Shown piece by piece: positions 9,053-17,760 of a DNA stretch of 64,000 nucleotides. The stretch spans positions 4,256,001 through 4,320,000 of the forward strand of contig CBDCXR010000004.1 of NCBI GenBank assembly GCA_965223845.1, in the 5' to 3' direction. The stretch comes from Planctomycetota bacterium. Its GTDB lineage: Bacteria; Planctomycetota; UBA8108; SXIK01. Every line of letters begins with the position of its first letter. The first letter of the stretch is position 1. The position numbers and the translations under genes are program-made. Below the pieces are notes generated by a model. It saw nothing but the letters and a program-made list of their open reading frames with translations. It ran no database searches and was not told where the DNA came from.

Positions 9053-10479
9053 GCGGCGCGAACGACACGAGTGACACGGAGGCGTCGATCCGGGACCGGA
9101 TACGGTCTCAAGGACGAGAAAAGCCGGTTCGGCTTCGAAAGAAAAGATCCGATGAGTCGCTCTCGGATCGCTCCCGAACGAACGTGCGGTCGACAGTGCC
9201 CGCCTCGGCGACGGACTACGTGGCGATCAAAGCCGGACTCCAGCGACGTCTTCTCGAGGAGATCTCCGAGCGCAACGTTCTGAACGAATCCGATGATGCG
9301 CTTGCGGGGGCGGTCGACGAGTTCGTCTCTCGGGTGCTCGAGACAGAGAAAATCCCGCTCAACCGAAGCGAACGGGACCGTCTTGCCGACGAACTGCGCG
9401 AGGAAACGACCGGTGCGGGACCGCTGGCTCCGCTCATGGCAGATCCGGCGGTGACGGACATCCTCGTAAACGGTCCGCGTAAGGTGTACGTCGAGAGATT
9501 CGGGCTCCTCGAGCGAGCCGGTGTGCAGTTTAGAGATGCCGAGCACATCGTTCGGGTGATCGAGCGAATCGCGGCTCGGATCGGGCGGCGTATCGATGCG
9601 AGCGCACCGCTCTTGGATGCGCGCTTGCCCGATGGTAGTCGTGTCAACGCGACGATCCCCCCGATTTCCATCGATAGTCCGACGATCTCGATCCGCCGTT
9701 TCGGTCAGCGTCGCCTCCGCTCGCAGGACCTTCTTCAACTGGGGATGTACTCGGTCGACATGATCGAGTTTCTCGCGCATGCCGTGAGAGCTCGAATGAG
9801 TGTCCTGGTCTCGGGCGGGACCGGCGCCGGAAAGTCCACACTGCTCGGAGCTCTCTGCGAGTCTATTCCGGATCTCGAACGAATCGTAACGATCGAGGAT
9901 ACGGCCGAGTTGCTGCTTGACCAAGAACACGTGGTGCGCATGGAGAGTAGGCCCTCCAACACCGAAGGGCGAGGCCGCATCACGACGCGAGATCTTGTCA
10001 TCAATTCGCTCCGGATGCGTCCGGATCGCATCATCGTCGGAGAGGTCAGGGGCGGCGAAGCTCTAGATATGCTTCAGGCTCTCAACACGGGCCATGACGG
10101 TGGTCTCTCTACGATCCACGCGAACTCCCCGCGGGATGCCTTGTCTCGTCTCGAGACCATGGTGTTGATGTCGGGGCTCGATCTGCCGTCTAGGGCCATC
10201 CGCGAGCAAATTGTCGCGGCCCTGCGATTTGTGGTGCACGTTCGTCGTTTCGAAGACGGAGTGCGACGAGTCGAGAACGTATCTGAGATCGTTGGCTTGG
10301 AGGGCGCAACGCCCCTCCTCAACGAGGTGTTTCGTTTTGAGCGGCGCGGCTTCGAACGCAATCGCGTGATGGGCGCGTACCGACCCACGGGTATCGTTCC
10401 GAGGCTCGTCGACGAGTTGGGCCGCCGCGGCGTCAAGATTCCCGTGGACATGTTCCAACCTCCGCAGGAGAGAACATGA
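9049..10479 (+). CDS. cpaF: CpaF/TadA pilus assembly ATPase
   Basis: GGTGAGKST, TIEDTAEL, LRMRPDRIIVGEVRG, NTGHDG.STIHAN. Confidence 0.95.
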   Translation: MSGANDTSDTEASIRDRIRSQGREKPVRLRKKRSDESLSDRSRTNVRSTVPASATDYVAIKAGLQRRLLEEISERNVLNESDDALAGAVDEFVSRVLETEKIPLNRSERDRLADELREETTGAGPLAPLMADPAVTDILVNGPRKVYVERFGLLERAGVQFRDAEHIVRVIERIAARIGRRIDASAPLLDARLPDGSRVNATIPPISIDSPTISIRRFGQRRLRSQDLLQLGMYSVDMIEFLAHAVRARMSVLVSGGTGAGKSTLLGALCESIPDLERIVTIEDTAELLLDQEHVVRMESRPSNTEGRGRITTRDLVINSLRMRPDRIIVGEVRGGEALDMLQALNTGHDGGLSTIHANSPRDALSRLETMVLMSGLDLPSRAIREQIVAALRFVVHVRRFEDGVRRVENVSEIVGLEGATPLLNEVFRFERRGFERNRVMGAYRPTGIVPRLVDELGRRGVKIPVDMFQPPQERT

Positions 10480-11339
10480 CGCACCCCGCCCTCTGGTTGA
10501 CCGGACTTGCCGGAATCAGCTTGATCGTGGTGGCCGTTCGCCGCCGGAGCACCTACAGAACTGCCCTAACTCAGCTGACGCGGGACGAGGTCGAGGAAGA
10601 CCGGTTTCAAGACGAGCAAGAGACCGCCCCACGACCTGCCCTATCGCCTCCCAAGCACTGGGTGGCAGTCGCCCTGTCGCTTTCGAGCGGAGCGGTGTTG
10701 TATCTCGTCGCTGATTTGCCGATCGTCTTCGCGATTACACTCTCCTTGATCGTCGGCATAAGTGCGTTCGTTGTCGTCGAGTCAGTTCGTGAAAGAAAAC
10801 TACTACGTCTCGAAAGGCAACTGGCGGACACGGTCGATCTGCTCGTCGCATCTCTTCGAGCCGGAGCAGGGATCATGGACGCACTAGAGGATGCCGTGCG
10901 GGAATCGAGAAGACCGCTGCGGGGAGTCCTGGAGGCGACTCTCACACGACTACGCTATGGAGATTCACCGCACCGGGTATTCAGCGAGTTCGCGGAGTCG
11001 ATCTCGCTCGAATCAGTACGACTCTTCTCTCTCTCCTTGTCTGTTCACTGGGAAGTCGGCGGCAGCCTTGCGTCGAGCCTCTCTAGCGTCGGACGCTTCA
11101 TCAGGGACCGCGTCGAGGCTCAACGCAGCGTCTCCACGCAGGGCGCGCAGGTTCGGGCGTCAGTGATCGGCGTGACTCTCGTCGCGTACTTTATTGCCAT
11201 CATCGTTTGGCGGTCACGGCCCGACGCCATGGCTGCGTTTCTTACGACAACCGTGGGGACTTGGCTGACGTCGGTAGCTCTCATGCTTCAAGCATTGGGG
11301 CTGTTCTGGATGTTCAAGCTAAGCCGCATTCGATACTGA
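10476..11339 (+). CDS. tadB: TadB inner-membrane platform protein
   Basis: T2SSF-like: QLADTVDLLVASLRAG, EVGGSLA; follows cpaF. Confidence 0.88.
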   Translation: MTHPALWLTGLAGISLIVVAVRRRSTYRTALTQLTRDEVEEDRFQDEQETAPRPALSPPKHWVAVALSLSSGAVLYLVADLPIVFAITLSLIVGISAFVVVESVRERKLLRLERQLADTVDLLVASLRAGAGIMDALEDAVRESRRPLRGVLEATLTRLRYGDSPHRVFSEFAESISLESVRLFSLSLSVHWEVGGSLASSLSSVGRFIRDRVEAQRSVSTQGAQVRASVIGVTLVAYFIAIIVWRSRPDAMAAFLTTTVGTWLTSVALMLQALGLFWMFKLSRIRY

Positions 11340-11353
11340 CAGGAAACGCTCTT

Positions 11354-12271
11354 GTGAACGACGCCGTCGTATGGCTGACAGCCTCCGCGGGCGTAGCGCT
11401 GCTCTTGATCGGGATATGGCGCTCGCGAGGGCGACAACCGATCCGAGCAAGGCTTTTCGAGGACGATTCCGCCCCCTCGCTGCCTCCCCCTGTCGACGTA
11501 GCCTCTTCAGCGCCATTGGATTCGTGGATCAGCCGGTGGCTTTACGTTGCCGGGTTCAGACACAGACGATCGACCACCGTTTTTCTCCTCTGGGCCGCGT
11601 TTGCGGCGTTCGTCGGTGGGATGGCCGGCTACGCGCTACAGAGTTCGGGGTTCCTCGATCTGGGTGCGCAGTGGCTCGCCGAAGTTCCTGGAGGACTTGG
11701 CGAGCTCTTCCTTCCGGCGATCGTTCTGGCGCCTTGGATTGTCTTCGCGATCGTGTCGTCGATCCCATGGCTCCACGTGAGAGCGTCACGCCGGCGAATT
11801 GTGAACGAAATCGAGCAAGATCTGCCCATAACGGCGGAGCTCCTCGCAACCCTCGGCGAGGCGGGGCTCGGGTTCGACTCGGCCGTCGACCGAATCCTCG
11901 CCTCAAAACAGAAGCACCGCGCATTGGCATCCGAGCTCGGTGCGTTTCGGCGAGATCTTTTGGCAGGACTTCCTCGCATCCAAGCTCTTCGCCGGCTTGC
12001 GGTTCGCGTTGATCTTCCGGCTGTATCGACAGTCGTTTCGGCTCTCGTGCAGGCGGAGCAGGTAGGAGCAGGGCTCGCGAGCGTGCTCCGGAACGAAGCT
12101 GACGACTTGAGAAACCGTCGACGCGAGCGGGCTCTTCGCGTTGCGCAGGCGTTGCCGGTCAAGCTCACCGTGCCGCTAGTCCTCTGTTTTTTCCCGGCGA
12201 TCGTCATTGCGGTTCTGGGCCCTACGTTCTTCGAGATCTTTCAGATGCTCGAAACTTATCTGGCTCGCTGA
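11354..12271 (+). CDS. tadC: TadC inner-membrane platform protein
   Basis: EAGLGFDSA, ALVQAEQVG, PVKLTVPLVLCFFPA; GTG start after AGGA. Confidence 0.88.
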   Translation: MNDAVVWLTASAGVALLLIGIWRSRGRQPIRARLFEDDSAPSLPPPVDVASSAPLDSWISRWLYVAGFRHRRSTTVFLLWAAFAAFVGGMAGYALQSSGFLDLGAQWLAEVPGGLGELFLPAIVLAPWIVFAIVSSIPWLHVRASRRRIVNEIEQDLPITAELLATLGEAGLGFDSAVDRILASKQKHRALASELGAFRRDLLAGLPRIQALRRLAVRVDLPAVSTVVSALVQAEQVGAGLASVLRNEADDLRNRRRERALRVAQALPVKLTVPLVLCFFPAIVIAVLGPTFFEIFQMLETYLAR

Positions 12272-12282
12272 GCGGGGAACGA

Positions 12283-12975
12283 ATGAACGAATCAGGCTCC
12301 TACTTCAAGTCTCTGCTCTTGCGAGCATGCACGGCGGCCGTTCTCGGGGCGTATAGCGTCGCCTCCGGTTGCGCCACGATGACGCTCGAAGGGCCAGACG
12401 ATCCGGCTAGCGAGCTGAGATCGCTGCTCGACGAGCTCGAGTCCCGCACAGACGAGGGCAACCATGGAGAGGACGCAAGGCGAAGGCTCGCCAGGCTCTC
12501 GGCCAAGTATCCGCGCGACGTCGACATCCATCTAGCGAATGCAGTGTACGCAGCGCAGGACGCGGATCCCGCCGGTGCGAGGTTCCATCTCGACGCGCTC
12601 TTTCGCATCGTTTCCGTTCATCCAGAGGCTGCACTCCTTCGAGCTGAGCTTGCGATGAAGGAAGGAAACCTCCCGCTCGCGTTGCGAGTACTCGACGAAC
12701 AGATTCGTCTCGTCCCCGATCATCCTGGCTTACGCGAGACCCGTGGATCGGTGTACTACTTTCGGGGCGAATACCGAGCCGCTTGGGAGGAACTGCAGCG
12801 GGCTTTGAGCCTCGGCGCGCCTGGTTGGCGAGTGGCTTATCACAAAGGCTTAGTAGCCGAGGCGGAGGGGAGGTCCGAGGACGCTCGGACGCTCTACGAA
12901 AACAGCCTCCGTCTGAATCCTGACTTCCAACCCGCTGCGTCGCGCGCTCGCGCGCTAAGCGAGGCTGGGGAGTAG
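12283..12975 (+). CDS. TPR lipoprotein, TadD/pilotin-like
   Basis: Lipobox-like VASG-C; several TPR repeats; last gene of the tad operon. Confidence 0.75.
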   Translation: MNESGSYFKSLLLRACTAAVLGAYSVASGCATMTLEGPDDPASELRSLLDELESRTDEGNHGEDARRRLARLSAKYPRDVDIHLANAVYAAQDADPAGARFHLDALFRIVSVHPEAALLRAELAMKEGNLPLALRVLDEQIRLVPDHPGLRETRGSVYYFRGEYRAAWEELQRALSLGAPGWRVAYHKGLVAEAEGRSEDARTLYENSLRLNPDFQPAASRARALSEAGE

Positions 12976-13159
12976 GCGCATCGACACAAGTAGATCGGCG
13001 GGCCATAGGTCGCGAACACTCGTCCGCATCGTGCCCAAGGATTCATACGAGTCCGTGCCCTCTAAGCGGGATTGCTCTCAGGGCAGCTCGCCCGATGGAC
13101 ATCGGGCAGAATGGGCGCGAGTCAACGAGCGACCGTTTCGCCCCGGGTCGCGACCGCTC

Positions 13160-13345
13160 CCTCACGCTGCGCGCGATCGAACGCCTAGTCGATACCGCCC
13201 GACTGGTGCTGGAGAGCGCGTCGTGCGCTTGCCTGCACGATCGCCGAACCTGAACGCCTCCGCCGAGCGACTCGTGCTCTCGATCGAAAGTGAGCGACTT
13301 TGCCGAATGACCTTCTTCACGGACGGTTCGCTTCGGCGAGCCTCC
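13160..13345 (+). pseudogene. Degraded transposase fragment (integrase core domain)
   Basis: VVRLPARSPNLNASAERLVLSIESERLCRMTFF...SLRRA resembles the rve_3-type motif P.RSPNLNAYAERFV.SIK.ECL.RMIFF; boundaries approximate. Confidence 0.7.
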
Positions 13346-13569
13346 AATCGTTCGAGGTGCAGCGCCGAGGTACGCGACGCGGCTCCGGAGGCACATCGAT
13401 CCATCCTGCAAGCGGCTGTGTTTTTGCCAAAAACGGACCTTCGATCTGCGACAATGGAGCGTTTGTCGGTCAACGGAGCCCGCGGGCTTGCTCCCGCAGG
13501 GCGAGAAGGATTGCTGCATCCCCAAAATGCCAGCCGGTGCGCGGAGAACGAGAAAGAGAACGCGAAGCT

Positions 13570-16077
13570 ATGAGAACGAATTCGATGACCGTTGCCTGCG
13601 GGGCGCTGATCGCCCTGGCGACTGGGATCTCGAGTGTTTGGGCGACCGGGCAAAAGGACACGCCAGAGACCGCGCTCACGAGGGCTCGAAAGCTCGAGGC
13701 CTGGTACACAGATCAACTCGAGAGTCTGCGCACGGAACTCACCGCCGAACTACCTCAGGGCGATCGGGCGAACGCCGACACGCTGAATCAGCTCTTGGCG
13801 AGCGATGTCCGGGACGCCAAGCTCGTCAAGTTCGTCGTCTTGCTCGAGGCCACGCCGCAAGGCCTAGCCGAGTTTGCCCGGCAGGGAAAAGAACAGGAAG
13901 CGCTTATCGAGAGACTGCTGGCGGACACCGGACTCATGAAGCAGATGCTGGTGGCCGACGGCGCGAAGGCCAAACGCGAAGGGCGCGGCTACGGCCCGGC
14001 GCAGTACGGGCAGGCGATGAAAATCTATTCCGACATCCAGAGAGTGAGCGAGAAAGCCTCCGCCGGTGTTCTTCAGCGACTGGCACTCGCCATCGGCCTC
14101 GAGCACGCGGTTCCGATCAGACAAGCGAACCCTGCGGCCCGGACCGACGCGCCCGAAACCATCGACCCGGTTCATCGCTATCTCCACTACGAGAAGGCAT
14201 ACGGGGGCGGAGAACTAGACCCGGCGTTCGAACGCCTGAGCACCTGGGAGCTCCGCATGGTCATCAACGGAGACGAACCGGACGAGACCCTCGCTTGGGG
14301 ACGCGAGATGCTTCGAAACTTCCGACCCGATCACATCTTCGACACGGACGAGGGCTGGCGTTACGTGAGCATCGTCAGGTCCGACGTCAAGTACGGGTCA
14401 GAGAACGTCAAACACGACAGACCCGAGCTTCAGAAGTATCAGAATATCCTCATGAACGGCGGCGTGTGCGGTCGTCGGGCGTTCATCGGGCGTTTCATTC
14501 TGCGCGCCTTCGGAGTCCCGACCATCGCTCGTCCCAGTCGCGGTCACGGAGCCTTGGCGCACTCGACGCCCCGGGGCTGGGTCGTCAATCTCGGCGGAGA
14601 CTGGGGTTGCGGCTGGACCAACACTCCTTACAGGAAGGATCTCGATTTCCTCGCAACCACACAGGCGCGAAACAGCCGAGAGGCCTATCTGACCGTCAAG
14701 CGAGCGCGGTGGATCGGTGACGTCCTCGGAGAGAAGCGAACCTTCGGAGAAGGTGAAGGCACCCCCGCGTTTTGGAACGGCGTGGCGCTCCGAACGCAGC
14801 GCGCAATCATTGACGAGGCCGAGGCCGTTACGCTCGACGCACTCGGCGAGGACCTCGGCGAGGCCAACGAATCCACGGTGGCGGAGGCGGTCCTCGCTTC
14901 ACCGACTTCGGGTGAGGACAGGAAGATCACCTACGGCGAGGACGGCGTCATCTCGATTCCGGCCGCCGCGTACAGCAAGCCGTCGGGGAACACGCGGGAT
15001 GTGTTCGCCATGAAGAGCTTCGGCGGCGGCTTGCAGATCTTCCTCCCACGATTCTTCCCGCAGGGCAAGACGGTTTTACGCGGTGGTACGTGGAAGGGCG
15101 AACCTGACGCATGCACGTCCGGGAAGCGTCTCCTCAGCGGCGGCTACGGCAAATACGAAAACTGGGGCCTCCGAGCAGCCGTGTCATCCACCGGTAGCGA
15201 CACTCCGCGTGAGCTGACGCTCGATTTGGGTGACGGCATGATGATGGAGCTCGTCTACATCAAGCCCGGAACTTTTGTGATGGGTGGCGAAAGCAAGACC
15301 GACGGAAGGTTCCAGTGCGTCGAATTGCCGAAGCACGAGGTGCAGCTCACCAAGGGCTTCTATCTGGGCAAGTACGAGGTAACGCAGGCGCAGTACCAGG
15401 CCATCATGGGCTCGAACCCCAGCCGGTCCACCAAAGGCCCTGACTGTCCGGTGGACAATGTTGGCGAGGCGGACGCCCTCTCATTCTGTGGAAAGCTCGC
15501 CCAGAAGACCGGGCTCGACGTGCGACTCCCGACGGAAGCGGAGTGGGAATACGCCTCTCGCGCGGGCCGCGATACGAAATGGTTCTTTGGTGACGATCCC
15601 TCGCAACTCGGGGAGTACGCCTGGTTCAAGGGCAACGCGGGCGCCAAGTCCCATCCTGTCGGTCAAAAGAAGCCCAATCCTTGGGGGCTCTACGACATCT
15701 ACGGCAACGTCTGCGAGCGGATCTCGGACAAATACTCTCGAAGCTACTACTCGATCAGTCCCAAGGTCGACCCGACCGGGCCGAGCCAAGGGGTGAAGTC
15801 CCGTTTCGAGTACAAGGTCACCGTTCCGCGGACTGGGAAGTACGCGTTGACGGCGGTCGTGGTGACGGCCAACTACGACCAGCGGCTGAACGTGTCCGTC
15901 GGTGATGCCGGTCCTGAAACTACGCTGGAACTACCCTTCACACTCGGAACGTGGCAAAGCTCTGAACCGGTCACGCTCTCCCTCGAGAAGGGCGAGACCG
16001 TCCTGCGGTTTTCGCGCAACAAGCCCCCGCAGTACGGGGTGGCCGTCAAGTCGTTCGCGTTGGAGCCGGTGCGTTGA
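13570..16077 (+). CDS. Secreted multidomain protein: transglutaminase-like core, circularly permuted FGE/SUMF1 domain, CBM-like beta-sandwich
   Basis: Signal peptide; GGVCGRRA...RAFGVP...GH; FGE motifs GKYEVTQAQY, RLPTEAEWEYA, NPWGLYDIYGNV; C-terminal jelly-roll-like strands. Confidence 0.75.
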   Translation: MRTNSMTVACGALIALATGISSVWATGQKDTPETALTRARKLEAWYTDQLESLRTELTAELPQGDRANADTLNQLLASDVRDAKLVKFVVLLEATPQGLAEFARQGKEQEALIERLLADTGLMKQMLVADGAKAKREGRGYGPAQYGQAMKIYSDIQRVSEKASAGVLQRLALAIGLEHAVPIRQANPAARTDAPETIDPVHRYLHYEKAYGGGELDPAFERLSTWELRMVINGDEPDETLAWGREMLRNFRPDHIFDTDEGWRYVSIVRSDVKYGSENVKHDRPELQKYQNILMNGGVCGRRAFIGRFILRAFGVPTIARPSRGHGALAHSTPRGWVVNLGGDWGCGWTNTPYRKDLDFLATTQARNSREAYLTVKRARWIGDVLGEKRTFGEGEGTPAFWNGVALRTQRAIIDEAEAVTLDALGEDLGEANESTVAEAVLASPTSGEDRKITYGEDGVISIPAAAYSKPSGNTRDVFAMKSFGGGLQIFLPRFFPQGKTVLRGGTWKGEPDACTSGKRLLSGGYGKYENWGLRAAVSSTGSDTPRELTLDLGDGMMMELVYIKPGTFVMGGESKTDGRFQCVELPKHEVQLTKGFYLGKYEVTQAQYQAIMGSNPSRSTKGPDCPVDNVGEADALSFCGKLAQKTGLDVRLPTEAEWEYASRAGRDTKWFFGDDPSQLGEYAWFKGNAGAKSHPVGQKKPNPWGLYDIYGNVCERISDKYSRSYYSISPKVDPTGPSQGVKSRFEYKVTVPRTGKYALTAVVVTANYDQRLNVSVGDAGPETTLELPFTLGTWQSSEPVTLSLEKGETVLRFSRNKPPQYGVAVKSFALEPVR

Positions 16078-16204
16078 ACGGCGGACCGTCGCCAGGGACA
16101 ACATTCGCGAACTGCTGGCGAACGACGGATGCGAGCGCGGCAGCCCTCACTCCGTCTCGCTGAATCAGAAGCGTCTTGAGTCAACACTACGATAGGACGT
16201 CGCA

Positions 16205-17617
16205 GTGAGAATCAACCAAGTCATTCGAGTAGTTGGCCTCGTCACCAGTCTGTGCATTGGAACGGCCGGCGACGCGCGTGCCGAAGGCAAGCCGATCAAG
16301 GTCTTCATCCTTTCCGGCCAGTCCAACATGGTCGGAGCCGGCAAGGTGACCGGAGGCGGGCGCCGCTGGGGATCGGAGATTTCCGATCCGGTGGTGTCCG
16401 TTTACGAGGGCGACTACGATTCGAAGGTCGACTACGACCAGTTGAAGCCGATCGAGACGCTGAAGCTCGAGAAGTTCGGTGGTGTCCGACCGACGCCCTA
16501 CCCGAAAGGTGGCACGCGAGTGACGCGCGGCTTCGTCACAGTGAAGGAGACCGGGAGCTATCAGTTCCGGCCCGGCTACGGCGGCTCCATGGACAACATC
16601 ATGGAGGTCGACGGCAAGGTGGTGCACCGAAAGAAGCCCGGCGAGGAGGCGGTGCGAGCCGAAGTCCGGTTGACCGGCGGAGAGAGAGTCCCGTTCAAGA
16701 TCACGTACGTGACGAAGAACGCGGATGGTCTCGGTTGGATCGACCGGATGGATGTTCCCGGCGCGCTCTCGACGTTGGTGAATCACAAGGGAATGTATCC
16801 CTACCTGAAGAACGACGAGGGTCAGTGGGTGGCGCGCGATGATGTCTGGTACAAGGGCGTGATCGCGGCCGGCGGAAGCCACTGGCTAGGCGTCCGCTCC
16901 GGCAGGATCGGACCGGAGCTGGGCTTCGGGCACGTTGTCGGCAACGAGATCGACGAGCCGGTGCTCGTTCTGAAGACCTCGCAGGGAAACCGTTCCCTCG
17001 GCTGGGACTTTCTCCCTCCCGGCAGCGAGTCCTACGAATACGGGGACAAGGTCTACGCCGGGTACAAGCAATCGCCGTCGTCATGGGACAAGGGGAGCGA
17101 ACCGAAGCCGATCAATTGGTACGCCGGCAAGCAATACGACGATTGTTTCGGATCCGCCCGCGAAGTGCTCAAGAACTTCGACGAGCAGTTCCCCCACTGG
17201 AAAGGACGTGGCTACGAGATCGTGGGCTTCGGCTGGTGGCAGGGCGACAAGGACCGCTACAACGCGGGACACGCGTCCCGATACGAGAAGAACCTCGTCC
17301 ACCTCATCAAGACGCTCCGCGAGGAGTTCGAAGCTCCGAAGGCCAAGTTCGTCATCGCCACCCTCGGACAAACCGCGAAGGACATCACGCCGGCCAACGA
17401 TCAGCAGAGAAACGAGAAGCTGATCCTCGAGGCCCAGCTCGCGGTGGATGGCGCGGCCGGCAAGTATCCGGAATTCAAGGGCAACGTCGCCACCGTCTAT
17501 ACTCACCCGCTCAGCCAGGGCGGCGCATCGAACAGCCACTACAACGGCAACGCCCAGACCTACATGGACGTCGGGCTCGCGATGGGTGAGGCGATGGCGA
17601 AGTTGCTCGCTGAATGA
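16205..17617 (+). CDS. Secreted SGNH sialate O-acetylesterase (SASA)-family protein with inserted PA14-like domain
   Basis: VFILSGQSNM, GPELGFG, GWWQG, SHYNGN; signal peptide. Confidence 0.8.
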   Translation: MRINQVIRVVGLVTSLCIGTAGDARAEGKPIKVFILSGQSNMVGAGKVTGGGRRWGSEISDPVVSVYEGDYDSKVDYDQLKPIETLKLEKFGGVRPTPYPKGGTRVTRGFVTVKETGSYQFRPGYGGSMDNIMEVDGKVVHRKKPGEEAVRAEVRLTGGERVPFKITYVTKNADGLGWIDRMDVPGALSTLVNHKGMYPYLKNDEGQWVARDDVWYKGVIAAGGSHWLGVRSGRIGPELGFGHVVGNEIDEPVLVLKTSQGNRSLGWDFLPPGSESYEYGDKVYAGYKQSPSSWDKGSEPKPINWYAGKQYDDCFGSAREVLKNFDEQFPHWKGRGYEIVGFGWWQGDKDRYNAGHASRYEKNLVHLIKTLREEFEAPKAKFVIATLGQTAKDITPANDQQRNEKLILEAQLAVDGAAGKYPEFKGNVATVYTHPLSQGGASNSHYNGNAQTYMDVGLAMGEAMAKLLAE

Positions 17618-17632
17618 CCATCGCTTCGTTGC

Positions 17633-17660
17633 TCCGGTAGGCGTCTGACCGCCTACCGGA
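17633..17660. other. Perfect 11-bp stem hairpin between the esterase genes
   Basis: TCCGGTAGGCG-tctgac-CGCCTACCGGA; no U tract. Confidence 0.5.
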
Positions 17661-17760
17661 TGGAGGCCGAAGAGCTGGTCGCGGCCCCGATCAAAGCTCA
17701 GCCGAGTGATCGGGGGCGGAGAAGCGGGACGACTCGGAGTGTAAACCAGAGAGTGAAACG

